Shown: piece after piece, positions 11,400 through 22,920 of the stretch
How positions within the stretch are numbered: position 1 is the first letter of the stretch
Layout of the letters: each line of letters starts with the position of its first letter
Assembly (NCBI GenBank): GCA_951406725.2
Contig: OX597827.1
Span: 71,982,001 to 72,046,000, forward strand
Direction: 5' to 3'
From: Octopus vulgaris
Taxonomy: Eukaryota
DNA length: 64,000 nucleotides
Made by a program: the position numbers and the translations under genes
Notes under the pieces: model-generated
Told to the model about the DNA's origin: nothing
The model's database searches: none
What the model saw: only the letters and a program-made list of their open reading frames with translations

Positions 11400-11770
11400 A
11401 GGCACAGGTGTAGCTGTGTGGTAAGAAGCTTGCTTCCCAACCACATAGTTCTGGGTTCAGTCCAACTGCATGGCACCTTGGGTAAGTGTCTTCTACTAAA
11501 GCCTCAAGCTGACCAAAGCATTGTGAGTGGATCTGGTAGGCAGAAACTGAAAGAAGCCCATTGTATTTGTGTATGTGTGTGTGTGTGTATATATATCTGT
11601 TCCTCCCATCACCACTTGACAACCAGTGTTGGTGTGTTTACAACCCTGTAACTTAGTGGTTCAGCAAAAGAGACTAATAGGATAAGTACGAGGCTTAAAA
11701 AATAAGTCCTGGGGTCAAGTTGTTCAACTAAGACCTTCCAAGGCAGTGCTCCAGCATAGCCACAATAAAA
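11400..11770 (+). mobile_element. CORE-like tRNA SINE copy
   Basis: Homologous to 6855-7260 in the opposite orientation. Confidence 0.85.
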
Positions 11771-11968
11771 GAGTAATGTAGTCTTGTATATACCAAACTA
11801 GAAGGGCAGTGGCAGCTGAAATGTCTTTGATGCTTGACCAGGACTGACTGTTGAATAGAAGACCTCCCACCCCTTTAAAATAATTCCTTTCAAGTTTGCA
11901 CCTTCTAAACCTATTGTTCTCAGAGAATACTGAGAAATATTAAAGATATTAAATAAAACATTACTTAC

Positions 11969-12067
11969 TTCACTTTCTTTTATCTTTTTAGGGGTCAAAT
12001 CATTATGTAGAGGTGACCTTGAGCGTTTTCGTGAACTGTTCGGTGAACAATTTGAATCAGGAATACT
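11969..12067 (-). CDS. PAPOLA: PAP repeat exon R2 (SIPDSNCSPNSSRKRSRSPLHNDLTPKKIKESE)
   Basis: 99 nt, phase 0/0, cttgcAG| ... |GTAAGT. Confidence 0.85.
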
Positions 12068-12086
12068 CTGCAAGAAGGAACACATC

Positions 12087-12153
12087 ACATGTAGCAGTGA
12101 AACATGTAGCAGTGAAACACATGTAGCAGTGAAACACATGTAGCAGTGAAACA
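12087..12153. repeat. 4 x 15-17-nt tandem repeat (acatgtagcagtgaa)
   Basis: Directly visible just upstream of the R2 acceptor. Confidence 0.9.
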
Positions 12154-12559
12154 CTTTGGTTTCTTCAGCTAACAGAAAGGTCTCTCCGCCCCATTCACTC
12201 AGTGAGTAGAACACTTCCGAGACAGTGTTTTGAAAGTGTGTCCATTAACTTCCATGGTATTATTCCTTCATTTCTTAGGCTCTCCACCATCTAATAATAC
12301 ACTAAACCTCTCTGCTAAATCACAAAGTAAACCCGACCCTTTAACCACGGTGTTTGACTTCAAAACTAAATTTGTGAATTTTTGCTAATCTACATGAATA
12401 AATAAAAAGTCCCAGAAATTCAAGAGGTTGATGGCAGAACTAGTTGAGCATCAGATGAAATACCTTGTGGTGTTTGGTTACATCCCTTTACATTCTGCAT
12501 TTGAATCCTACCCAGATCAACTTCCCATCATTCTGAGATAAATACAGTAGTCAATATGT

Positions 12560-12794
12560 GTTTCTTTATTACCCACAAGGGGCTAAACATAGATGGGGAC
12601 AAACAAGGACAGACAAACGGATTAAGTCGATTCCATCGACCCCCAGTACGTAACTGGTACTTAATTTATCGACCCCGAAAGGATGAAAGGCAAAGTCGAC
12701 CTCGGCGGAATTTGAACTCAGAACGTAGCAACGGGCGAAATACCGCGAAGCACTTCGCCTGGCGTGCTAACGTCTCTGCCAGCTCGCCGCCTTA
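12560..12794 (-). mobile_element. Nin/Deu-like tRNA SINE copy
   Basis: Homologous to 1869-2099; flanking direct repeat tagtcaata. Confidence 0.88.
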
Positions 12795-12974
12795 TTGACA
12801 ATAGTCAATACGGCCACAAAGAAAACAAAAGAAATTCCAAAGCAGGTTCCAAATTTGAAATCTCGTTATTTCCCTTTCGTTCCAATGTCATTTGTAATCA
12901 ATATTATAAACTTTACATTTTTGAAATTGGAATTCATAAAATTCAGCTACTTCAACCATTTCAATATGAATTAA

Positions 12975-13195
12975 CCCTTTAGTGTTTGCATTATTCTGCC
13001 AGAATTAATCCTTTTTTATCCACATTGCTTTGAACTAATCATGCATTATCTTGTAGCTATGAGATTATGATGAGGTAGCTGATAATTTTTAAGACGATAT
13101 TGTAGGGTTGGTGTAAGAGACCAGATGTGGCCAGTTTGAACATAAAACAGGCAGAATACTTCTGGCCGGATATGGCTGGTTTAAATGCTAAAGGG
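12975..13195. mobile_element. piggyBac-type MITE, 221 bp
   Basis: TTAA|CCCTTTAG ... CTAAAGGG|TTAA. Confidence 0.88.
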
Positions 13196-13527
13196 TTAAA
13201 AATTTCATGGGAAGTGGGGAAGAAAAGAAAAAAAAACCACTACTACTACTACAATAGCCTCTCTTCCTCACAGTTAGTTGTTTGCTAACTCCTTGCAAGT
13301 TATTTGTTAACCTCACTTGTCCTGGTGGCACAAGAAAAAACACCCAGTACACACTGTGAACTGGTTGACATTAGAAAGAGAATCAAGCTGAAGAAACCGT
13401 GCCAACTTGACACATCATCCCTGCAGCTCAACAGATCCTGTCAAACCGTCCAGCCTACACCAACATACAAAATGAATGAATGAATGGATGGATGGATGGA
13501 TGGATGGATGGAGGTGGTGGTGATGGT

Positions 13528-13976
13528 GAAGAAAAAAAGAAGAGAAAGGAGAAGAAAAAGAAGAGAAAGAAGAGAAAGGAGAAGAAAAAGAAGAGGAGGC
13601 GGTAGAAGAGAAAGGAGAAGAAAAAGAAGAGAAAGAAGAAGGAAGAAGAGGAAGAGAAAGAAGAGAAAGGAGAAGAAAAAGAAGAGAAAGAAGAGAAAGG
13701 AGAAGAAAAAGAAGAGGAGGAGGAAGAAGAAGAAGAGAAAGAAGAAGGAAGAAGAGGAAGAAGAAAAGGAAGAAGAAAAGGAAGAAGAAAAGGAAGAAGA
13801 GAAAGAAGAAAAGGAAGAAGAGGAAGAAGAAGGAAGAAGAGAAAGAAGAAGAAAAGGAAGAAGAGGAAGAAGGAAGATGAAGGAAGAAGAAAAGGAAGAA
13901 GAAGGAAGAAAAGGAAGAAGAGGAAGAAGAAGAAGAAGAAGAGGAAGATGATGAAGATGATGATGATGATGATGAC
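13528..13976. repeat. Polypurine (GAA/GAG/AAAG) tract followed by (GAT)n
   Basis: About 420 nt of almost pure purine on the + strand. Confidence 0.95.
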
Positions 13977-14407
13977 TGAAGTCTGACAGGTTCATCTCCT
14001 CTCTTTGTTCATTATGTGTCTTTTCTCTCAGACTTCCTAAACTAACTCTTCTGCCAATTCTCCCCTCTCAGAACTTTTCACTCTCGGGAATTGCCTTCTT
14101 TCCTAAATGTCAAAGTCGCAGCTGCACAGCCTGAACCTTGGCTGCACCAATTTCACCCATCTCATAGGGTCAGTGAAGATCCTGGACACAATTCCTTCTT
14201 CCTGAGTAAAAACCAATTTTAAAAAAAACAAAAAGGACAACGAGGGAGAGAATACAGAATATTCTTTGAGCATGTTTTTGTTTTTTTTTTTTGTTTCGAA
14301 CTTTGCCGAGGCAAAGAGAAAAGGAAATAGAATACAAAAAAAAAAAAAGAAGAAAAAAAATCAAGCAAGCAGAACAAAAGAGAGAAACAAGTGATAATTG
14401 AATTTAC

Positions 14408-14509
14408 ATCTTCATCTTCTCCTGTAGTTTTGGAGGTTGAATCATTATGTTGAGGAGATCGTATGCGTTTTCGTGAACTGTTTAGGGAACAATTCAAATC
14501 AGGAGTACT
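14408..14509 (-). CDS. PAPOLA: PAP repeat exon R1 (STPDLNCSLNSSRKRIRSPQHNDSTSKTTGEDED)
   Basis: 102 nt, phase 0/0, tttcAG| ... |GTAAAT; paralogous to R2-R6 and the most diverged. Confidence 0.78.
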
Positions 14510-14535
14510 CTGAAAGAAAGTGTGTATTAGATGTA

Positions 14536-14955
14536 ATAGCAAAAACAATCTAATTGCCCACCCTCTTGATTAACCGAAATAACCGTCACCACACCCATAA
14601 AATTATCAACCATCTTACAAACAATAACTTTGAGCACCTTTTCAAACTCCACCCATCTAACACCCGTGGACATATTTACAAAGTAAGAAAACAGCACAGC
14701 TCCCATGACTTCAGGTAACATTTTTTCACGCTGAGAGTTGCTGAAGCATGGAACAAACTGCCGGCATCAGTTGTTAGTTGTCGGAGATTCACCAACACTA
14801 CACTTGATTTTCTCCCTCCATACACACACAAGCATGTATCTGACTCATACATTGTTCGCTTTCCAGACATTTCTACATTACTGCATGTACTTTATATGCA
14901 CTTTCTGACAAGTTGTGGTGCACCTGAGCACTGTATACAATAATTTCATTATATT
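14536..14955 (+). mobile_element. 3' end of a CR1/L2-like LINE, decayed
   Basis: Encodes FFTLRVAEAWNKLPASVV, the typical FFxxRVxxxWNxLP terminal motif; (ATT)n tail. Confidence 0.7.
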
Positions 14956-15361
14956 ATATATTATTCCATTCAAAGAAAACATCTTCTCAACATATATTCA
15001 CAAAATCTTACTTTTTTTTTTTTTTTTCACTACAAGAAATAATGCTGCTTCTTGGTCCTAAATGTCTCTCAACTGATCAACTTTGACCCCAATTATGACA
15101 ATATGGTTGCTCATTCTGTTAACCAGTTGCAAGGCCAAATCCAGCCCAATCTTTCTACATGTTTTATGTTCAAATTGACCCAATCAGGCCTCTTACACCT
15201 ACCCTACTATGTCATTCTAAAAAATAAACAATCACATCATTAATATCTCAATGCTAAAAGATAATATGTGATTGATTCAAAACAATTTGAATAAATAAGT
15301 ATTACAGCTGACAGAATAATATGAATGCTAAAGGGTCAAAAAGGACTGACGGCCTTTGAAC

Positions 15362-15613
15362 CGGGGCTGTGGAGTCGAAATAAAAGACTCCTACACCTCT
15401 ACTATTGGCACCTCCCAACTTCGAATTCTCTTTATGCAATTAAAGAGATTGTAGTCTACATATCTTATAAAGCATATGCATACACCCGTGCTTTGAGTAG
15501 GCTTGTATGTTATTACTGGTTTACATTAAAGAATAAAGGTAGTTGGAGTCGGTATAGGTTTACTATACTGCAGCTACCCTTTAACTGTTTCCGACTCCAA
15601 TGCCGCAGCCCTG
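15362..15613. mobile_element. hAT-type MITE
   Basis: Termini cggggctgtgg / ccgcagccctg with an 8-bp TSD ctttgaac on both sides. Confidence 0.8.
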
Positions 15614-16174
15614 CTTTGAACCAATGTCATTTATTTGTCATGGTCAGTGATGTAGAGTCCTTCAACAACATCAACACTGACTCAATATTTTTTTTAACTC
15701 TTCAGGCCACTTTCACAAGAAGTCTTTATTATGCTGCTTGACTTGCTAAAACTAGCAGCTTAACCTCCATCCTACCATCCTAACCTTTTAACCACTTAAA
15801 TAAATTTCATGGTCATTCCCATAATGATGTAATTATCTGTCAAAAATAATTGGTTGTCTTATATGAGTTATACTATCTCATAATAAACAATGATGACTAA
15901 AACAAACTAAGAAAGAACTAAGGCTATTCTTAAAAAGACAAGGTGGTCATAGCTAGATTGACCATGATCACAGGACTGCTGAACCAGGGCTGGTCATGGA
16001 GTCAAGCCATTTCCTGAGTACAGTCATCTTGAAGAGACCATGTTTGGATCACAAGTTCATATCAAGATCCAAATTATCATATAGTGTGCCTTACCAAAAT
16101 AAAGAATATTTGCTGGGACAATGCCAAACTGCCAAGAGAGACCCATATAGTGAGATATTAGAGAAATCAATTAA

Positions 16175-16395
16175 CCCTTTAGCATTTAAACTGGCCATAT
16201 CTGGCCAAAAGTATTCTGTCTGTTTTATGTTCAAAATGGCCAGATCTGGTCTCTCACACCAACCCTACAATATCATTTTAAAAATTAACAGCTACCTCAT
16301 CAAAATCTCATCGCTACAAGATAATGCCTGATTAATTCAAAACAATGTGGATGAAGAAGCATTAATTGTGGCAGAATAATGCAAACACTAAAGGG
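16175..16395. mobile_element. piggyBac-type MITE, 221 bp, inverted relative to the 12975 copy
   Basis: TTAA TSD, CCCTTTAG TIRs, about 90% identical by eye to the reverse complement of 12975-13195. More copies near 15150, 33265, 47075, 49585 and 62636. Confidence 0.88.
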
Positions 16396-18011
16396 TTAAA
16401 CAAACTGTAATAAATTATCATTAGATGATCCCCCCCCCCGCCTTTAAATCCATCTAACAAATCCCAAGACTGCTAAGTTAAAAATAACGATCCACTGCCA
16501 AACATAGCGCATTCCTGTGAGGTTTTCTAACGGGAAGCTTGCCACCAGATACAACACACTCATACAATACACACTCAGCCTGATGTTCAATAAAGGCTTT
16601 ACAGAGGAAAAGAGTTATTTTTAATCTGGCCTCATTTCCAAAATTTTTCATAATCATTCTATAAAAAAACCATTTATGAGAGTTAAATCTTTCCCTTCTG
16701 ATTACTTGCAGTCTTGAGGAAGGGACATTGCCAATGACCTCCTCAGAGATCTTGAACTTAATGCTGTTAGTTATAATGGTATGTTAAACCTGTTGCAGGT
16801 CAAAACCTGCAGGAAAGAGACATGAGTAAGGAGAAGATTCCAGAGGATTTATGCTCTGATGAGGAAGGAGTGGATATTGTAGTTAGCCCAGGGCCTTGGG
16901 GAGGTAATGAGATGAGAAAAGAGACATCAAATCAGTCAGAAGTACCTAAGTGTAGGAGGTACAAGATCAGCCTCCTACGAGGAACAGAGGCTATTATTAT
17001 AGTACTGATAGAAAAGACACTGAGAGAAGACAGCATGCCAGTGGGTCAAAGACTGGAATGCATCTGCGAGTGATTTAATGTCAATCAGTAGAGTTGCCTA
17101 ACTTCGGATGTAGCAACACCCTCCCAGATGAAGAAGCAATCTTCTACAATGGGACTCACTTGAGCTTTAAGGATATCAGCAGTGGTTTGGGGAACTTAAC
17201 CACAGACTAACAAATAGATGGAATTAAACCAGTTCTTCAACACAGATTAGAACAGTTAAAATATTCCACTATAGCATGTACTAAAATCTATAAGCATACT
17301 TGTAGAACAGAGAAATTTACAGTAAAAGACACAAAAAAGAAGTTAAGGCATTTTGTTTTTCCTTCATTTTATATTCTGCATTTCTTTGTGAATGGATGAT
17401 TGCTTATTGATTTCCAACAGGACAATTATTGATTCACTATAATGATTGGAGTAATAAAGGGAGGTGTGTGCACATGGGTGGAATAAATATCAAAGTGTGT
17501 TTCTGTTGAGATGTACGAGTTTCTCACCTTCCTCATTAATATATAGTTAAAAGATATATTTATAGAAGCACACACACACGTGTATCCATGTATGTGTGCA
17601 TGCTTCTGTAAATCCACATACAAGTACACACACACACATTTTCAGACATCTAATACATACCCATATAGACATGTATACATACATGTATGCATGTACGTAG
17701 ATAGAAACACAAATTTGTGCACATATACATGGACTTTTGCATGGTTTCCATAGACAAAATTCCACTCTCACAGTATTGGTCAACCAAAAGCTATGACAGA
17801 AGACATTTGGTCAAGGTGCTGTGCAGTGGGTTTGAATAAGGAACCACAAGCTTACACAGTAAGCTTCTTAACCACACAACCGTGCCTGCACTCACACTAT
17901 GGAGACAGGAATACATTGACTTCAAGTAGAAACCAGATTTATAAACGCAAGATGCTCCACAACAGAGAAGTCCTCAGCAAAAACTCACGAAACTTATGAA
18001 AATTTACTCAC

Positions 18012-18368
18012 CTGACTGTCTTTAGCCTCAGATTCCGAAGTTTCGTTCTCAACAGCATTTGAGTCATCACTAGCTCCAGATATTGAATTGCACTGGTCAG
18101 AAAGTTTGTTGGTCTCTTTTATGGCGCCAGCACCATTTGGTAGAGAGCAAGCACCACTACTGTTGGCTAGATTCGAAGCTGTTGAACAGTCCAAGTCAAC
18201 CATGTCCTGGCTCGAATCCTCCAAACTGTCAATCGAAGTGTTTTGGCGTGTCACTTCCGTTTCCGTCCGACAGTTGGAAAGACCACCATTGACGGCAGTT
18301 TTAGTTGGTGTGGTGGTACTACTTGTTGAAGAAGTATTTAAACTAGTGTTTCCTTGGTATTTCCCTTC
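18012..18368 (-). CDS. PAPOLA: PAP Ser/Thr-rich C-terminal exon (EGKYQGNTSLNTSSTSSTTTPTK...SESEAKDSQ)
   Basis: 357 nt open, phase 0/0, ttttacAG| ... CAG|GTGAGT; low-complexity S/T-rich sequence as expected for the PAP tail. Confidence 0.88.
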
Positions 18369-18526
18369 CTGTAAAAATCAAGATAAAGACATTTTTTTTT
18401 TCCTTCTTCTTAAAATGCATGAAAGACTAATATTTTCATTTAAGTGGCTCACTATAGAAAGACTGAAAAAAGTCTTTTAAGCAATATTGATGTCCATATT
18501 TAGAATATAAAAATAAAAGTAAAAAT

Positions 18527-18742
18527 ATTCTTTTCTACTCTAGGCACAAGGCCCAAAATTTTGGGGAAGGGGGCCAGTCAATTAGATTGACCCCAGTATG
18601 CAACTGGTACTTAATTTATCAAACCTGAAAGGATGAAAGGCAAAGTCGACCTCGGCGGAATTTGAACTCAGAACGTAAAGACAGAAGAAAAAGTACTAAG
18701 CATTTCACCCAGCGTGCCAACGTTTCTACCAGCTTGCCACCT
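18527..18742 (-). mobile_element. Nin/Deu-like SINE, variant tail
   Basis: Shared head and core; tail ...ccttgtgcctagagtagaaaagaat, also seen at 36375 and 49753. Confidence 0.8.
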
Positions 18743-19006
18743 TATAAAAGTAGAAATATTGATAAATGCATAAATATGTCGTATATTAATAATGTGCCTC
18801 AAAACTAATTCATTTTTAGATAATAGCTTAACATACAAAGAGTTAAAAACTCCTTGGATAGAGAGAAGGCAGAAAGCATCTTTCTGCCATTCCTTTTCTT
18901 CTCTCCATATCCAAGGGCTAAACAACAAAAGCATTTGCTTGCTTGTTAAGATACTGATACTTTCTTCTGATACTGAGATTTCTTAATAGACTACAGTGAT
19001 CTTTAA

Positions 19007-19228
19007 CCCTTTTGTTACCGTATTTATTTTGAGATGCTCTGTGTTTCTTTCAATTAATTTTAAATATAACAAAGAATTTAGTAAAATAAGTTCACTATCA
19101 TTCAGCTAGTGTTAGGAACATAAATTGTGACTAAGGTTTGGTGGAAAATTTTAATTCAAAACTTAGGTAAACATGACATTTGTACTACAGACCCAGGAGC
19201 GGTTTCAGCCGGGTTGGTATTGAAAGGG
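19007..19228. mobile_element. Second piggyBac-type MITE family
   Basis: TTAA|CCCTTT...AAAGGG|TTAA; fragments also near 2860-2980 and 44940. Confidence 0.75.
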
Positions 19229-20017
19229 TTAAACATGATTGAGATGTCTTTCCTTATTATAGCCATTCACTTAACAAAAGCTCTCAAGCAGACCAACAAG
19301 CAAAACCTTCTAGCAATGACCAAAATATCAGTTGCATCTCCCATCCCATAGAACTATATTACACAATGTGTCCTTCCTTTTGTAAGATTGTATGGTCTGA
19401 TTTTAGAGCAATTTGGCTGCTATTTCAAGCATGACCTTTTGGGGATTTTTTTCTTTTTAACCCTTTAGCATTCTGATTACTCTGTCAAACCATCATCATC
19501 ATTGTTTAACATACTTGCTGGCATGGGTTGGACAGTTTGACTGGGGACTGGCAAGCCAGGAGGCTGCTCCAGGCTCCAGCCTGATCTGGCAATGTTTCTA
19601 CAGCTGGATGCCCTTCCTAACACCAACCACTCGGAGAGTGTAGTGGGTGCCTTTTGCGTGCCACCAGCATGGGAGCCAGTCAGGCAGCTCGGATGGTGCT
19701 TTGTACATGCTACTGGCACAGGGGCCATTCGGGGTGGGGAGCATTGACCACGTTCAGATGGTTCTTTTTACGTGCCACCGGCACGAGGAGCCAGTCAGGC
19801 AGCACTAGCAACAACCCATGCATGCATGGTGCTTATTGCGTGCCACCAGCACCATGACAATATTATTTTAATAAATTATTAGTTTCAAATTTAACTGAAT
19901 CAAAGCCAATGTATTTCAACAGGGTAACTAAAGAGTTTGGTTTATCCTGTATGTGTGTTTCTTTTTAAAGAAAAAAAACAGTTTTACAATATAGTATCCA
20001 AGTAACTTTATACTTAC

Positions 20018-20096
20018 ACTAGAAGTTTTCCTTCGGTCTTTATTTAATTTTCCCCTGTTTAACACATCTTTTGGTAAGTATTGGTCTAGCTGTTTC
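20018..20096 (-). CDS. PAPOLA: PAP exon, NLS1 region (KQLDQYLPKDVLNRGKLNKDRRKTSS)
   Basis: 79 nt, ccAG| ... |GTAAGT; homologous to RKQLHQLLP...KKKK. Confidence 0.92.
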
Positions 20097-21554
20097 CTGG
20101 AAAGCACAACAATATAGAATATAAGCAAATACATGTGATAACCCAGCTAAAGCATGCATAGCCAGACCACTGACATGATCCAGTATAACATTATTAAATA
20201 CATCACAACATCGATATTACATAAGAAAACATCTCACAAACACTAATATTCAGGTTTATCTTTCCAAGAATTTATAAAGAAGTTTTGAAATTATATCTAC
20301 AATGAAACCACAAGCACACACTCACGCACACAAGCTTTGCAGTTTTTACCTAATATTGCCTAGTTTATGTTTTTATCAAAGGTAGTAGGTAGTGATTTTC
20401 TTCGCTACTTCAGGGAGTAACAACCTTGCCTGACAAGAGTCCCAGGTTCAGCTGGCTCCGGCTGACAGTACCCGGTATGGGCCCCTATCCAGGGTTACGG
20501 AAAGGAAACAACTTTCAAAGTAATCCGGAATGGAGTCCCATAGGTGGTTTAGTGTTCGACTCGACACTCTTCCAGAAGCTCCTACAACCAAGCTGGTGCC
20601 AAAAGTAATGCTCTGCACTCCTTTGGACTACATCAGCAAAGCCAAGAGAGGAATCCCAACGATTGGGCTACCCAGGATTTTCTTATATCTTCTTACAGTT
20701 TTGCCCAGGCCTGAGCAAAACTGGAGAGGACATGAAATGTAAAAACCAGACAGGATTAGTTTATGCGCAACTCCATTGTCTCCTGAGACAAAAGGATGCC
20801 AACAACGTTTTTACTTCTATCTCCTCCCTCTCAAGGTTTATCTATAAAGAGCTGCAGCTTTAAACAGTCTACAGCAATCTAGGCGCCAACTAGAAAATAT
20901 ATTGTCTGGTTCTTCAGGCCACTTTCTAGTACAGCCTGGTAACATGTACCATAATTTCAGTAATTGTTTTAGATGCCAGAGCAGTCATGAGTAGACATAG
21001 GCACCTTCTTGACCCTCTGACCCATTTCACCTACTGCAATGGTTCTCAATAAGAGTCCACACAAGATTTTGTTGTTAAAATTTATGTGGAATAAATTGGT
21101 TATACTTCTACAATACACAAAATATTTCAATGATTTTTTAAATACAATTCCAAATATTTAATTATAATCATAATAGGGCTTTTTTTAAACATTGAATGTT
21201 TATCGGGGTCCAATAGAGTAAAACAGGAACCAAAAAGGTCCATAGGCAAAAAAAACCCACTGTGCTAGTGGCACATCCAGGAATGAAACCTAGAGGGTGT
21301 GAGAGTGAGCTGCACCAGTACCCAGCTGGTATTCCATTGTCAGTTGACTGGAGTAGCACAAAATGAAATGACTTACACACGAACAAAATGTGGCAACTGG
21401 TGCATGAATTGAACTCATGACATTATGGTCTGGAGTCAACCACCCTAGCTACAAGGCCACATGTCTTCAGTGAAAACTAATATGCAAGAACATTTCCAGT
21501 TCTTAGAGCCAACCTTGTGTGTAATAATTTTTTTAGAAATGAACGATTACTTAC

Positions 21555-21624
21555 CTCTTTACGTGCTTTATATCAATTGTCATATCCTCTTTGTACAGTT
21601 TTATTTGGACAGCCTGTTTGTAAA
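21555..21624 (-). CDS. PAPOLA: PAP exon (VYKQAVQIKLYKEDMTIDIKHVKR)
   Basis: 70 nt, ttttcAG| ... AG|GTAAGT; homologous to VYRQAINSKMFEVDMKIAAMHVKR. Confidence 0.93.
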
Positions 21625-22602
21625 CTGAAAACAACAACACCCCCTGTCAGTCAAGTCAAACAGAATTGCAAAATAATTGAAATTACACAAAAGAAAAATC
21701 AAACAGTTAATCCTATGACACAGACTCACAGATCCTTGGTCCTCGTTTCCAATTTTTCATGGGAACATGTCTGACCATGGGGAAACATTACCTGGCTTGG
21801 AAACAGGTGAAAATTTGCAACAACAAGGACATCTAGATGTAGAAAATCTGCTCCAACGAATTCCATCTGATGCATGCAAGCATGGAAAATTGATGTTTAA
21901 TAGACAGGCAGATTCAATGCAGTTCTCATCCTCAACCAGTTTTGCAGTATGCTGTATGGAGGTAAACATGGACAGCCTTTCCATGTCTGCTCTGGGTAGC
22001 AAAATTTTTCTATAGACTGTTTCTATGGACTTCACTAGAAGGGGGGGGGTTACCATTTTTTTTAAATAAGAAGAGGTTGTTGCTAGTTCATAGCTCAACA
22101 ATCTTTTATTAATCCAGGCCCAAGACTGGCTGGTATCCACATTTAGATAGCAATAAATGGAAATTGCTGGTTCTCAGAAAAGGAACCAGGGTTTGGGTGA
22201 GGGTTATTTCTTTTATTAACACTGGAAGGATGAAAAGCCAAATTAACCTCCACAGGATTTGAACACAGAAGACAAACAGCCAGAATGAATACTGCAAGGC
22301 ACTTTGCTCTGTGCATTAGTCCTGCTAATTGATCAACAACAGAGATCAGTAGCTGCTTTTTCAATACACTTAGCTTTATTCCCAACAGGACACAAAAAGG
22401 TCGTGCTATAGGTCCTGATCATTAATTAACCAAGAGTCTTTGCTTTACAACAAACACGTAGCAGCCAATATGCAGTAAAACTATATATTATCATTACCAA
22501 CAGAGAGAGCAGTTAGCTTTTTCTATCATCTTCACTCATACATATATGAGAGAAAGAGAGAAATATGTTGTACCATTTTGCGTTAGTTTGGATTATAATA
22601 CC

Positions 22603-22639
<37 letters not shown>

Positions 22640-22816
22640 TATATATCTATGTGTGTATATCTATTTATATATTTATCCATGTATGTATGGATATATATAT
22701 ATATATAAGCTCAACCAGCCAGTGTGATACTGGCGATATCATTTGCAGTACCTATCACCTGGCTGGCTGGCAGAACTTAAAACATGAAACAAATGAAAAA
22801 ATTAGAATCAACTTAC

Positions 22817-22920
22817 CAATATCTATGAAACCTTGAATATCATGAGTCAGGTCTACATTTATGGTTTCAAACTTATTAAAATCCAAACCAATGAACCACT
22901 GGCACATATATTTATCCTCA
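22817..22920 (-). CDS. PAPOLA: PAP exon (SEDKYMCQWFIGLDFNKFETINVDLTHDIQGFIDI)
   Basis: 104 nt, ttttcAG| ... G|GTAAGT; WxIGL...VDLTxDIQ motif. Confidence 0.95.

Noticed and set aside
13441-13995. K/R/E-rich 155-aa and F/L/S-rich 184-aa ORFs
   Set aside because: Translations of a GAA simple repeat.
18083-18480. Plus-strand 130-aa ORF
   Set aside because: Antisense shadow of the 357-nt PAP exon.
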